A stretch of DNA of 64,000 bases, taken from Flavobacteriales bacterium UBA1694 (GTDB lineage Bacteria; Bacteroidota; Bacteroidia; Flavobacteriales; Weeksellaceae). This document shows positions 10,656-21,394 of this stretch, piece by piece (position 1 is the stretch's first letter; the number at the start of each line of letters is the position of its first letter). The stretch spans positions 34,582 through 98,581 of the forward strand of contig DCJS01000033.1 of the NCBI GenBank assembly GCA_002319955.1, in the 5' to 3' direction. The position numbers and the translations under genes were made by a program. The notes under the pieces are model-generated. The model was not told the DNA's origin. It did not search any database and worked only from the letters and a program-made list of their open reading frames with translations.

Positions 10656-11285
10656 TTAAGGAATGTTCAAATACTTGTGGGTTTGTACCGAAGCTTGCCA
10701 CTGCGGGTTTTGAAGAATGAAGTCTGTTATTTTAGGGTACATTTCTTCACGCTTCCCCCATTCACTCTGTAAATACAGGCGGCAACCCTCAGACACTTTT
10801 TCAGCCTGTGATTGGGCAAACGTAAAGTCATGTTGGTTAAAAACAATAACCTTGAGTTCATTTGCCTTGAGGTAGATTTCTTCTAAAGGCATTCCTGTTT
10901 TTTTCGGAGAAAGGGTAATCCAGTCAAGTTGTCCACTCATGGGGTAAGCCCCCGAGGTTTCAATATGAATTGTGCAGCCCAGTTCTTTTAATCTGGAGCT
11001 CAAAACATCGAGATTCCACATTAAGGGTTCGCCTCCGGTGAGCACGATGGTTTTGCATTGGCTCGCAGCGCTTTGCGCTACCTGTTCTACATCGAGCAGC
11101 GGATGGCGCTGTGGATCCCAGCTTTCTTTTACGTCGCACCAATGGCAGCCTACATCGCAGCCGCCTAGTCGAATAAAGTAAGCCGCTTTACCCGTATGAG
11201 CTCCTTCGCCTTGAATCGTATAAAAGTGCTCCATTACGGGGAGCATCTTTCCCTCCTTTAATAATTGGTCCTGAGTGTCTGTCAT
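10656..11285 (-). CDS. queE: 7-carboxy-7-deazaguanine synthase (radical SAM)
   Basis: TIQGEG followed by the cluster motif GGCDVGCHWCD. 209 aa short form. Confidence 0.85.
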   Translation of the reverse strand: MTDTQDQLLKEGKMLPVMEHFYTIQGEGAHTGKAAYFIRLGGCDVGCHWCDVKESWDPQRHPLLDVEQVAQSAASQCKTIVLTGGEPLMWNLDVLSSRLKELGCTIHIETSGAYPMSGQLDWITLSPKKTGMPLEEIYLKANELKVIVFNQHDFTFAQSQAEKVSEGCRLYLQSEWGKREEMYPKITDFILQNPQWQASVQTHKYLNIP

Positions 11286-11333
11286 TTATTTTATAAAAAT
11301 GGAATTTTCGTTCCATTGTATTTTAGGTGTACT

Positions 11334-12209
11334 TTATATTTTGCGTTTGTAAGCAAGAAGCGTGTTTTTCATTAACATTGCCCGAGTCATTGGTCCAACT
11401 CCACCTGGAACAGGCGTGATCCAGCTTGCTTTCTCCTTGCAGCCCTCGTAATCCACGTCACCTTCCAAGTGAAAGCCTCTCTCGCCTGTATCCTCAACGC
11501 GGGTAATTCCCACATCAATAATGACGACCCCTTCTTTGACCATGTCTTTTTTGAGGTATTTTGGCGCCCCTAAAGCGACTACAATAAGGTCTGCTTTGCG
11601 GGTATACTCTTCAATGTTTTGCGTGTGGCTGTGCACGAGTGTTACGGTGGCATCTCCAGGATCCCCTTTGCTACTTAATAAGATGCTCATTGGGCGTCCT
11701 ACAATACGGCTTCTTCCGATCACGACACAGTTTTTACCCTTCGTACTAACGTTATAACGCTCAAGTAGAGTCATGATACCGTAGGGTGTTGCTGGCAGGA
11801 ACGCTTCCATTTCAAGAGCCATTCTGCCAAAATTTTCTGGATGAAAGCCATCCACATCCTTTTTAGGATCGATCGCGTTAATGATCAGTTCTTGGTCGAT
11901 ACCTTTTGGTAAAGGAAGCTGAACAATAAAACCATCGATCTGGGGATTTTCATTCAGTAGTTTGATCTCATCTAAAAGCTCAGATTCACTGACCGTGTCA
12001 GAGAGGCGAATAAGCGTGGATTCAAACCCAACCTCCTTACAGTCTTTCACCTTGCTATTCACATAGGCTTTACTTGCGCCATTCTCGCCTACGAGAATCG
12101 CGGCAAGATGTGGGGCTCGAAGTTCCTGAGCTAGGATTTTGTCAACCTCGAGTTTGATTTCGCTTTTGATGTCTTTCGAGACTTTAAGTCCGTCTAGTAT
12201 TTGAGCCAT
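11334..12209 (-). CDS. folD: bifunctional methylenetetrahydrofolate dehydrogenase/cyclohydrolase
   Basis: 291 aa. ASKAYVNSK, VQLPLP, GRSRIVGRP, PVPGGVGPMT. Confidence 0.95.
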   Translation of the reverse strand: MAQILDGLKVSKDIKSEIKLEVDKILAQELRAPHLAAILVGENGASKAYVNSKVKDCKEVGFESTLIRLSDTVSESELLDEIKLLNENPQIDGFIVQLPLPKGIDQELIINAIDPKKDVDGFHPENFGRMALEMEAFLPATPYGIMTLLERYNVSTKGKNCVVIGRSRIVGRPMSILLSSKGDPGDATVTLVHSHTQNIEEYTRKADLIVVALGAPKYLKKDMVKEGVVIIDVGITRVEDTGERGFHLEGDVDYEGCKEKASWITPVPGGVGPMTRAMLMKNTLLAYKRKI

Positions 12210-12233
12210 AATTGTGAGTTTTGAAAGTGCGTA

Positions 12234-13883
12234 TTAAAGGATGTCGTTTAATTTATAGTAGTTAATAAGGCCATTGGTGGAAGAGTCTTGGCCCGAGGTA
12301 TTCTCAGAGCTCTCTAATTCTGGAAGTATTTCCTTGGCTAGAACTTTTCCGAGCTCGACACCGAATTGGTCAAAGCTAAAGATATTCCAAATGACGCCCT
12401 GAACAAAAATTTTATGTTCATAAAGAGCAATGAGCTCTCCAAGAGTGAAAGGCGTTAATTCTTTGAAAAGAAGTGAGTTCGTTGGGATGTTTCCTTTGAA
12501 GACCTTAAAATTTGCCAGCTTTGAAATAGCCTGAGGGCTGTTTCCACTCTGCACAAGTTCCTTTTCCACTTCCGCTCTTGTTTTACCAAACGCTAAAGCC
12601 TTAGTTTGAGCAAAGTAGTTTGCCATAAGTTTTGGCTGATGGTCAGAGACTGCATTTAAAGACTCGACGTATCCAATGAAATCAGAAGGAATTAACTCGG
12701 TGCCTTGGTGGATCAATTGGTAAAAGGCATGTTGCCCGTTGGTTCCAGGTTCGCCCCAAATGATAGGTCCTGTTTCGTAGTCAACAAATGCCCCACTGCG
12801 ATCGACTCGTTTGCCGTTACTTTCCATATCCCCCTGTTGGAGGTAGGCTGCAAAGCGGTCTAGGTATTGAGAATACGGTAAAATGGCGTAGGATGCTGAG
12901 TCAAAGAAATTGCGGTACCAGATCCCTAAAAGTCCCATAAGAACGGGGGTGTTTTTTTCTAGTGGCGCCGATTTAAAATGGGTATCTGTTTTATTTGCCC
13001 CTTTTAATAGAGCTTCAAAATTTTCATACCCTACGGCCAGCACGATACTAAGTCCAATGGCACTCCAAAGAGAGTAGCGGCCACCAACCCAATCCCAAAA
13101 CTCAAAAATGGACTCGCTAGAAATCCCAAAAGCCTCGACCCCTTTGGTGTTCGTGGAAAGGGCGACGAAATGTTTTGCAACATCCCCTTGGACAGCACCA
13201 CTTGAGAGTAGCCAGTGCTTCGCGGACTCGGCATTGGTCATCGTTTCCTGAGTGGTAAATGTTTTGGATGCGACAATGAATAAAGTCGTTTCCGGGCTTA
13301 GAGGTTTTAAAACTTCCGCGATGTGATTCCCATCCACATTGGACACAAAGTGCACATTCAACCTTGTTTTATAATGTTTTAGAGCGGATACAACCATCAC
13401 AGGGCCTAAATCTGAGCCTCCAATACCAATGTTTACCACATCGGTAATGGGTTTTCCTGTAAACCCTAAATGGTCACCAGAGATAACATTCTCAGAGAAC
13501 GTTTTCATTTGCTTTAGGACACGGGCGATCTGAGGCTTTATATTTTCACCATCTACTAGGATCGCATCGCTAGAAAAATCACGAAGTGCTGTGTGTAGAA
13601 CGGCGCGGTTTTCCGTTTCGTTTATTTTTTCACCTGAGAACTGGGCCTCAATAGCTTGCTTTAGGTTGCACTGCTCTGCCAGTTCAAGTAATAAATTAAC
13701 CGTTTTTTGAGTGATTAAGTTCTTTGAATAATCAAAAAGATAATGCCCCATGTCAAGGGAAAAAGATGAAAAACGACTGGGATCCGATTCAAATAGCTCG
13801 CGCAAATCAAAATTGGTTTCAGCCTTATGGGCTGCTAGGGCTTGCCATGCGTCGGTGTTCAGAGGATTAATTTTAGAAAGCAT
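12234..13883 (-). CDS. pgi: glucose-6-phosphate isomerase
   Basis: 549 aa. [30 protein letters not shown]. Confidence 0.95.
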   Translation of the reverse strand: MLSKINPLNTDAWQALAAHKAETNFDLRELFESDPSRFSSFSLDMGHYLFDYSKNLITQKTVNLLLELAEQCNLKQAIEAQFSGEKINETENRAVLHTALRDFSSDAILVDGENIKPQIARVLKQMKTFSENVISGDHLGFTGKPITDVVNIGIGGSDLGPVMVVSALKHYKTRLNVHFVSNVDGNHIAEVLKPLSPETTLFIVASKTFTTQETMTNAESAKHWLLSSGAVQGDVAKHFVALSTNTKGVEAFGISSESIFEFWDWVGGRYSLWSAIGLSIVLAVGYENFEALLKGANKTDTHFKSAPLEKNTPVLMGLLGIWYRNFFDSASYAILPYSQYLDRFAAYLQQGDMESNGKRVDRSGAFVDYETGPIIWGEPGTNGQHAFYQLIHQGTELIPSDFIGYVESLNAVSDHQPKLMANYFAQTKALAFGKTRAEVEKELVQSGNSPQAISKLANFKVFKGNIPTNSLLFKELTPFTLGELIALYEHKIFVQGVIWNIFSFDQFGVELGKVLAKEILPELESSENTSGQDSSTNGLINYYKLNDIL

Positions 13884-14120
13884 ATCGTTTATTACGGTGT
13901 TTTAATACTAAAGACGTTTGAGTCGGTAAAATTACGCAAATTATCGCCTTTCCCCTAGAATTTCCAGGGTTGAAATTCATAAATAGGAGCCATTTCAAAT
14001 TCTCAAGTGAAACCTTTGCTTTCGACTTGATCTAAGTGGAAACAACTTGCCACTCCATCGGCCCTCTGCCTTGTTCTAACAAGGGCAAGAACTTCAAGTG
14101 GCAAGCGAAAATTAAACGCG

Positions 14121-16523
14121 TTAGTCAATCGCAATGGCGATTACCTCACTCATTTTGGTTACATAATGAATCGTTAGATTCTTTAAATACTCCTTTTTTA
14201 TTTCCTCAACGTCTCTACGGTTGGCCTCACAAAGGATCACTTCGCGGATGCCTGCGCGATTGGCTGCCAGTAGTTTTTCTTTGATTCCGCCCACAGGGAG
14301 AACTTTTCCTCTTAGAGTGATCTCACCGGTCATTGCCATGTGCGGCCTTATTTTTTTATTTTTGAAACTGGAAACCATGGACGTTAACATCGCAATACCC
14401 GCCGATGGCCCGTCCTTAGGGGTTGCTCCTTCTGGAACGTGGACGTGGATGTTAAACGATTTGACATCTTCTTCACTGATTCCAAGTTCACTATGTTTCG
14501 CTTTTATATATTCCAAGGCAATGGTGGCCGATTCTTTCATCACATTCCCCAGGTTTCCGGTCATTGATAAACTGCCTTTTCCAGAGCTAAGTAAACTTTC
14601 AATAAAGAGAATATCTCCCCCAACACTGGTCCACGCAAGGCCTGTGACTACCCCTGGGACACCTGATATTTCAGATGCAGTGCGTTCGCGTGGAACGCCT
14701 AGGATTTGATCGATTTGTTTGGAGGTTAACTTTGCAGTATAGGGGTTTTCCATAGCAATTTGAAGGGCAACCCAGCGCGCAATTGAAGCAATTCTTTTTT
14801 CTAAAGAACGCACCCCAGACTCGGAAGTGTGACTGTCAATAATATGTTTGAGCTCCTTAGGCCCTAGTTTAAAGGCGCCTGCATCAAGTCCCGTATTTTC
14901 TTGTTGCTTTTTAATAAGGTGGCGTTTGGCGATTTCAATTTTTTCCTCCGTGGTATAGCCAGTAATCTGCACAATTTCCATTCGGTCTAACAGCGGAGAC
15001 TGTATGGTTGAAAGGGTGTTGGATGTGGCAATGAACATCACTTTAGAAAGGTCGTAACCGTATTCGAGATAGTTGTCGTAAAAACTATGGTTCTGTTCGG
15101 GATCGAGAACTTCTAGTAGGGCAGAACTCGGGTCGCCGTTGACGCCTTGTCCGATTTTATCAATTTCATCAAGTACGACGACTGGATTTGAAGTGCCTGA
15201 TTTTTTAATTGACTGAAGGATTCGCCCTGCCATGGCGCCAATATAGGTTTTACGGTGGCCTCGGATTTCACTCTCGTCGTGGAGTCCTCCTAGTGACACG
15301 CGAACGTAATTTCTCCCTAACGCATTAGCAATCGAGCGGCCTAGAGATGTCTTTCCTACTCCTGGAGGGCCTGTAAGGCACAGAATAGGGGACTTCATGT
15401 TATTTTTTAATTTGAGCACGGCCATATGCTCAAGAATTCGCTTTTTAACATCTTCAAGCCCGAAATGGTCGGCGTCTAAGAGACGCTGCGCCTTTTTAAT
15501 GTCTATGGAGTCCTTTGAGTAGGCGCTCCAAGGGAGGTCTGTGAAGAAGTCTAAGTAGTTTCGTTGAACGTTGTAATCTGGAGAATTTGGATGCTGGCGC
15601 GAGAGGCGGTTCAATTCCTTTTCGAAATGGTCCTCTACTTGAGCGTCCCAAGTAAGTTTTTTTGCCTTTTCACGCAGTTCTTCTGCGTCACTTTCAGCAC
15701 CCCCTCCAAGTTCTTCCTGAATGGTTTTAATTTGTTGATTTAGGTAGTATTCCCGCTGTTGCTTGTCTAAATCTTTGGAGGTTTTCTGATGAATTTGATT
15801 TCGAAGTTCGAGCTTTCTAAATTCTTCATGCATAAGAGTGTAGCAGCGCTGTGCCCGCTTCATTAAGCTTTTCTCTTCCAGTAAACGCTGTTTATTGGCA
15901 GGGGAAAAGTTTCCATTAGTGCAGATGAAATTCAATAAATCCTCGCTTCGGCTTAAATTGTTAATGGCAAAATTTGCCGCATTTGGAATGCTCGGATCCA
16001 ACTGAATAATTTTCAGGGCGAGATCCTTTACGTTATCTAATAGGGCTTCGTACTGTTCTCTATTGCGCGTTGAGGAGTCTTTAAGTTTTTGTATATGAGC
16101 CGTGATATAAGGTGATTGTTCGATGAAATCATTAACCTTAAAGCGTTGAATTCCTCTGGTAATCGCTGTAATATTGCCCTCAGGAAGCGTGATGATTTTG
16201 ACGATTCTTGCGAGCGTCCCGATTTGGTATAGGTCCTCAAGGGTTGGGTTTTCAATGTCCGAGCTTTTTTGACTTACAATCCCAATAATAGAGCCGCTTC
16301 TTTGAGCGTCTTCTAAGAGTTTTTTGCTTTGTTCACGCCCTGCTGTAATTGGAATAACGACCTGGGGAAACATCACCAAGTTCCGTACGGGAAGTATAGG
16401 GTAGATGGTTTGATTTTCTATCTGAGACAGGTCTTTCCCGTCTACTTCACTCAGGTCATCGGCGAAGACCGTAAAATCTCCATCCATTAAGCCTTCTAAA
16501 TTCATGTCTTCAAATTCGATCAT
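14121..16523 (-). CDS. lon: ATP-dependent protease Lon (endopeptidase La)
   Basis: 800 aa. N-terminal LON domain, Walker A GPPGVGKTS, protease Ser motif KDGPSAG. Confidence 0.95.
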   Translation of the reverse strand: MIEFEDMNLEGLMDGDFTVFADDLSEVDGKDLSQIENQTIYPILPVRNLVMFPQVVIPITAGREQSKKLLEDAQRSGSIIGIVSQKSSDIENPTLEDLYQIGTLARIVKIITLPEGNITAITRGIQRFKVNDFIEQSPYITAHIQKLKDSSTRNREQYEALLDNVKDLALKIIQLDPSIPNAANFAINNLSRSEDLLNFICTNGNFSPANKQRLLEEKSLMKRAQRCYTLMHEEFRKLELRNQIHQKTSKDLDKQQREYYLNQQIKTIQEELGGGAESDAEELREKAKKLTWDAQVEDHFEKELNRLSRQHPNSPDYNVQRNYLDFFTDLPWSAYSKDSIDIKKAQRLLDADHFGLEDVKKRILEHMAVLKLKNNMKSPILCLTGPPGVGKTSLGRSIANALGRNYVRVSLGGLHDESEIRGHRKTYIGAMAGRILQSIKKSGTSNPVVVLDEIDKIGQGVNGDPSSALLEVLDPEQNHSFYDNYLEYGYDLSKVMFIATSNTLSTIQSPLLDRMEIVQITGYTTEEKIEIAKRHLIKKQQENTGLDAGAFKLGPKELKHIIDSHTSESGVRSLEKRIASIARWVALQIAMENPYTAKLTSKQIDQILGVPRERTASEISGVPGVVTGLAWTSVGGDILFIESLLSSGKGSLSMTGNLGNVMKESATIALEYIKAKHSELGISEEDVKSFNIHVHVPEGATPKDGPSAGIAMLTSMVSSFKNKKIRPHMAMTGEITLRGKVLPVGGIKEKLLAANRAGIREVILCEANRRDVEEIKKEYLKNLTIHYVTKMSEVIAIAID

Positions 16524-16788
16524 AGTAGTTGTGTAAATGACAAAATGTCATTATTTATCTCATGTAACGCCCTAGGAATTGGGTGTTTCACGGCCAATCA
16601 CTTGGTGTAAGCGTTCTAAGAGAGGAATGCTCAATTCTTATGCCATTAGTCCTGTAGCGAGTAGAGAAGACATATTTTCCAATTTCGCAAAAAAAATGCA
16701 GTATAGGAGCGAAACAAAGTAGAAATATTTTTTTTCTAATAGGTTAAAAATGTGTATTTTCGCACACTGATTAAAAAGTTTATATAGA

Positions 16789-18936
16789 ATGGCAGTTTTA
16801 GGAGAAATTAGAAAAAGATCATGGTTAATGATAGGGGTGATTGCCCTAGCACTTTTTGCGTTCTTAGTTAATCCCGACACCTTTGATCAGGTGTTCGGAA
16901 AGAATCCTAGTATTTTAGGACAAGTGAATGGCGATAAAATCTCGAGAGAGGAATACAACGACCAGCTTTTACTTCTTCAGCAGCAGGCCCAGCAACAAGG
17001 GCAGCCTAGCACCGGATTAGAAGAGCAAGCTTGGCAAATGTTAGTGCAGTCGAAACTGATCGAGCAACAATTTGATAAGTTAGGTCTTGAACTTAACGAC
17101 GATTATTTTTGGAGCCAACTAAAGTACGATCCAATGTTTGCGCAAGTGCCGGATTATTTTGATGAAAAAGGGAACTTCAAATTGCAAGAAGTTAAACAAT
17201 ATTACGAAGGTCTTGAAGCGGCCGGTCAGATTCAAGAGCATAACCAATGGCTTAAAATCCGTCGAAGCGTTGAATACCGCATGATGGCAAGACAGGTATT
17301 TGCAAATATTTCTTCTGGAATTACAGCAAGTAAAAAAGAAGTGCAAGAGATGATTTCTCAGCGCGATAAGGTGGCTGAAATAGACTACGTCACCATAGAC
17401 TATGGAACCTATTTGCAGAAGAATCCAATAAAGGTAAGTACACAGGATTTAGCTAATTATATCAAAGCGAGACCAAACACATATAAGTCAGAAGCAAGTC
17501 GCAACATCGGCGTTGTTTTTTTTCCAGCGCAACCGACGCTTGATGACGACAATAAAGTTAAGGCCGATATTGAAAAGCTGTTAAGCAAAGGAACCGATGC
17601 TTCGGGTGGGACGGAGAATTTCCTAAACACGACGCAAGACTCTATGTTTGTAACGCTCAATTCTGATTTGCCTTTTAACCCAACTTATTTCCCTAAGGAG
17701 CAATTGCCACCTAGTGTAGCAGACAAAATTGTGAATGCTTCAATCGGACAAACGTTCGGTCCTTATAAAGAACAGAACCTTTATGTGGTTTCAAAACTTT
17801 TGGATAAGAAAACTTCCGACTCAACCTTATCACGTCATATCCTAATTGCCCATAATGCAAGCCCTGCCGCGCAGGGAATTAAAAGAACGAAAGATGAGGC
17901 TAAGAAATTAGCAGATTCAATTGGCGTTTTACTAAAAGCGAACCCAAGTCGTTTTGAAGAGTTTGTTAATTTATCAGATGACCCAGGATCCGCAGCACAA
18001 GGCGGTAGCTTAGGTTGGACAACCCCTAACACTCCTTTTGTCCCGGAATTCCTAGACTATTTAGGAAGCCATCCAAAAGGCGCCACGGATGTTGTAGAAA
18101 CTCAGTTCGGTTACCATATAATTAATGTTCAGGACAAGAAAGCGGGAACAATGGGCTACAAAGTAGCAAACCTTGTGAAAGCAGTTAAACCTTCTGAAGC
18201 AACCGAAAATGAAGTTGATAAAAACGCAAGACGCTACATCCAACAAGTTCAAGGGAAATCCTTTAACGATTTCGCGAACTTAGCGAAGAAATCTAATCTT
18301 GCCTTTAGCAATCCCAAAATGGTGAAACGTTTCGACGGGCAGATCCAAGGTTTAGGGACCGATAAAGATGAGGAGGTGATTTCTTGGGCTTTCAATAAGA
18401 AAAGAGAAAAAGGAGAAACTGAATTTTTCGTCGTAGAAGGAACTGGCGATCGTATCGTGGTTTATTACAATGGCAAACATGATAAAGGACTTGCCGACCC
18501 TGAATCTGTAAGAGAACAAATTGAACCTATTGTTAAGAATCAAATGGCGGCAAAACAGATTTTGGATAAGATCAAATCAGGGAATGTAACCAGTCTTGAT
18601 CAAGCGGCAAAACTTTTTGGCGCAACCAAAGCATCCGCGCAGATTAACCTATTAAATCCAGTAATCGGAATGGCTATGGAACCAAGAGTTGCAGGCGCTG
18701 CCTTTGGAACTCAAAAAGGAAAACTTTCTCAGCCTGTTGAAGGGGTGACTGGGGTATTCCTAGTAGTGAATAAGTCAGAAACCATTAACAAGCAGCCTGG
18801 TGATGAAAAGCAAATCTCAGACGCAATAGCGGGTCAAAACGCTCAGATGTTTGGTCAACTATTCATGAAGAGTTTGGTAGATAATGCCTCCATAGATGAT
18901 TATAGAATTGAGGTTTGGGATAAAACAGCCCAATAA
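16789..18936 (+). CDS. peptidylprolyl isomerase, PpiD/SurA-like periplasmic chaperone
   Basis: 715 aa. N-terminal TM anchor. Parvulin core (HILIAH ... GGSLGW ... FGYHIINV). Confidence 0.85.
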   Translation: MAVLGEIRKRSWLMIGVIALALFAFLVNPDTFDQVFGKNPSILGQVNGDKISREEYNDQLLLLQQQAQQQGQPSTGLEEQAWQMLVQSKLIEQQFDKLGLELNDDYFWSQLKYDPMFAQVPDYFDEKGNFKLQEVKQYYEGLEAAGQIQEHNQWLKIRRSVEYRMMARQVFANISSGITASKKEVQEMISQRDKVAEIDYVTIDYGTYLQKNPIKVSTQDLANYIKARPNTYKSEASRNIGVVFFPAQPTLDDDNKVKADIEKLLSKGTDASGGTENFLNTTQDSMFVTLNSDLPFNPTYFPKEQLPPSVADKIVNASIGQTFGPYKEQNLYVVSKLLDKKTSDSTLSRHILIAHNASPAAQGIKRTKDEAKKLADSIGVLLKANPSRFEEFVNLSDDPGSAAQGGSLGWTTPNTPFVPEFLDYLGSHPKGATDVVETQFGYHIINVQDKKAGTMGYKVANLVKAVKPSEATENEVDKNARRYIQQVQGKSFNDFANLAKKSNLAFSNPKMVKRFDGQIQGLGTDKDEEVISWAFNKKREKGETEFFVVEGTGDRIVVYYNGKHDKGLADPESVREQIEPIVKNQMAAKQILDKIKSGNVTSLDQAAKLFGATKASAQINLLNPVIGMAMEPRVAGAAFGTQKGKLSQPVEGVTGVFLVVNKSETINKQPGDEKQISDAIAGQNAQMFGQLFMKSLVDNASIDDYRIEVWDKTAQ

Positions 18937-18955
18937 CCCCCCTATAAGATAAAAC

Positions 18956-18982
18956 AAAAGCGGCCCAAAAGGCCGCTTTTTT
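18956..18982 (+). terminator. rho-independent terminator
   Basis: aaaagcggcc / ggccgctttt stem followed by a T-run. Confidence 0.8.
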
Positions 18983-19030
18983 CATGCTATAATCTCCAAT
19001 AGTGCGCCGCTATTTTAATTTAAAATACGC

Positions 19031-19038
19031 TATATTTG
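19031..19038 (+). promoter_or_regulatory. Bacteroidota-type -7 promoter box
   Basis: Exact TAnnTTTG (TATATTTG) 19 nt upstream of the GTG start at 19058. Confidence 0.45.
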
Positions 19039-19057
19039 TCTCTCAAAATTTTTACTT

Positions 19058-20005
19058 GTGAAATTTTCAAAAGAATTAAAAGCTGGCTTAATAGCGGCTT
19101 TAGCTATTATAGGATTTGTAATCTTATATCAGTTTATGAAAGGCAAAAGTCTCTTCGTTTCTGATAACACATTCTATGCAAAATACGACAATGTAGAGGG
19201 GCTAGAGCCATCCTCTGCTGTGTCTATCAATGGTCTAAAAGTTGGCCAAGTCGATGCAATAGTTCCCGTAACAGGCAAAGATGGGAAACTTCACTTTGTG
19301 CTCAAAATCATCGTTGATGAACAATTTAAGTTTTCAAAAAACTCCACGCTGGAAATTTTTGAGCCGGGACTAATGTCTGGAAAGCAAGTTCGAGTGAATT
19401 TGCAGTACGGAGGTCAGGAGGCCAAGAACGGCGATACTTTAAGTGGCGGTTATAAAGAATCTATGATGAATAGTATTTCATCTCAGGTCGGACCGGTAAA
19501 GGACCAATTGCAGTCTGTGTTAACGCGCGTAGACTCGTTAATGGTGAATGCGAATTTAATGACCGGAGCTGAGAACCAGGCGGAAATTAAAGCGCTTTTA
19601 ATTAATTTGAACCGCACCGTCAGTGCCTTTGAGCAGACTTCGCTCCAGGCCAATCAACTTCTTGCCAGTAACAATCCGCGTATTGAGAAGATCCTTGATA
19701 ATGCAAATCTTGCCACGCTCAGTGCGAAAAAAACGATGGAACAGTATGGAACTGTGGCAGAACAAATCGATACGGAGAAACTAAATGCGACGATTGGCAA
19801 GTTAAACCAAACGACCTCGCAGCTTAATAATGTTATTACAGGAATACAAAATGGCGAAGGTTCTCTTGGTAAATTGACAAAAGATGAAGAACTTTATCGG
19901 AATCTAAATAAAACCGCAGAAAATCTAAACGCCTTAGTTGAAGATATGAAAGCGAATCCGAAGCGTTACGTGAACTTCTCGGTTTTCGGAAAAAACAGTA
20001 ACTAA
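19058..20005 (+). CDS. MCE/MlaD-family protein
   Basis: GTG start, N-terminal TM helix, MCE core (VSINGLKVGQV), long helical C-terminal part. Confidence 0.8.
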   Translation: MKFSKELKAGLIAALAIIGFVILYQFMKGKSLFVSDNTFYAKYDNVEGLEPSSAVSINGLKVGQVDAIVPVTGKDGKLHFVLKIIVDEQFKFSKNSTLEIFEPGLMSGKQVRVNLQYGGQEAKNGDTLSGGYKESMMNSISSQVGPVKDQLQSVLTRVDSLMVNANLMTGAENQAEIKALLINLNRTVSAFEQTSLQANQLLASNNPRIEKILDNANLATLSAKKTMEQYGTVAEQIDTEKLNATIGKLNQTTSQLNNVITGIQNGEGSLGKLTKDEELYRNLNKTAENLNALVEDMKANPKRYVNFSVFGKNSN

Positions 20006-20015
20006 ATTCGAGCCT

Positions 20016-21341
20016 ATGATGCCGTATATTGATAATATTCTTTTTGGGCTCTTGCTGGTCCTGGGAGTAGGACTTTTTGTAAGAAGTCTTTCCAAACTCG
20101 TTCGGAATATTAAATTGGGTAAATCCATAGAGCGCTCATACCGCCCTAAAGAGCGTTGGGCTCTAATGGCTCGCGTGGCTTTAGGTCAAAGTAAGATGGG
20201 CGCAAGACCTGTGGCTGGAATACTTCATATCCTGGTCTATGTAGGATTTGTTATAATCAATCTTGAATTGATTGAAATTATTATCGACGGAATCTTCGGG
20301 ACGCACCGGATTTTAGCCTCGGTACTCGGCGTGGCGCTTTACGGTGTTTTCACAGCCGTATTAGAAGTCCTGGCTCTTTTGGTGCTTATAGCCGTGGTCG
20401 TTTTCTTTATAAGAAGGAATTTCTACGGTGTACGCCGACTCACAATGAAAGAGCTTTTTGGATGGCCAAAGAACGATGCCAATTGGATTTTGATCATTGA
20501 ATTTGCCCTAATGCTAGCCTTTTTCACGATGAACGGTGCTGACCTTCTAATGCAGAGACAGCATGGGGGAGAAATCCTCGGATATTTTCCAATTAGTGAG
20601 AGTTTCCTAAGTCCCCTTTTCGCTTCAATGAGCACGCAAACTTTATTGTTTGTTGAGCGCGGTGCTTGGTGGTTTCACTTTGTGGGCATTCTATTCTTTA
20701 TGAATTACCTGTATTATTCAAAACATTTGCATATTATTTTTGCCTTCCCAAATACTTGGTTTGCAAAACTTCAACCCAAAGGCGAGTTAGATAATTTAGC
20801 GGCCGTTACAAGAGAAATCAAATTGATGATGGACCCGAGCGCGGATCCTTATGCCGCTGCAGACCCAAGCGAGGGGCAAGCCAATGAGAAATTTGGGGCA
20901 AGCGATGTGATGGAACTTAATCAGATTCAACTTCTTAATGCTTATACCTGTACGGAATGTGGACGCTGCACCGATGTATGCCCTGCAAATTTAACGGGTA
21001 AAAAACTCTCCCCACGTAAAATCATGATGGACACCAGAGACCGGTTAGAGCAAGTTGGTAGAAATGTTGAGAAGAACGGCGTTTTTGTTGATGACGGTAA
21101 GAAGTTGTTAGATGATTTTATCTCAAGGGAAGAACTACGCGCCTGCACGACCTGTAACGCCTGCGTTCAGGCTTGTCCAGTCCTTATAGATCCTCTTGCA
21201 ATTATAATAGATCTTAGACGCTACATGGTAATGGAAGAGTCTTCTGCTCCGCAAGAGTGGAACATGATGATGACCAATATTGAGAATAACGGCGCGCCTT
21301 GGCAGTACAATCAAGCAGACCGTATAAATTGGGCGCAGTAA
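20016..21341 (+). CDS. membrane-anchored (Fe-S)-binding protein: polytopic His-containing N-domain fused to a 2x[4Fe-4S] ferredoxin domain
   Basis: About five TM helices with conserved-looking His (ILHILVY, WWFHF, KHLHI), then CTECGRCTDVCP and CTTCNACVQACP. Confidence 0.75.
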   Translation: MMPYIDNILFGLLLVLGVGLFVRSLSKLVRNIKLGKSIERSYRPKERWALMARVALGQSKMGARPVAGILHILVYVGFVIINLELIEIIIDGIFGTHRILASVLGVALYGVFTAVLEVLALLVLIAVVVFFIRRNFYGVRRLTMKELFGWPKNDANWILIIEFALMLAFFTMNGADLLMQRQHGGEILGYFPISESFLSPLFASMSTQTLLFVERGAWWFHFVGILFFMNYLYYSKHLHIIFAFPNTWFAKLQPKGELDNLAAVTREIKLMMDPSADPYAAADPSEGQANEKFGASDVMELNQIQLLNAYTCTECGRCTDVCPANLTGKKLSPRKIMMDTRDRLEQVGRNVEKNGVFVDDGKKLLDDFISREELRACTTCNACVQACPVLIDPLAIIIDLRRYMVMEESSAPQEWNMMMTNIENNGAPWQYNQADRINWAQ

Positions 21342-21394
21342 GCTCGAAGTCTACGTAGAGCCTGATGCTTTAAACAAACGAATACAAACTTATT

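Noticed and set aside
14221-14709. 162-aa ORF on the plus strand (and the 82-aa ORF at 14036-14284)
   Set aside because: Antisense to lon or lying in its 3' flank. Pro/Ser/Arg-rich composition typical of non-coding frames.
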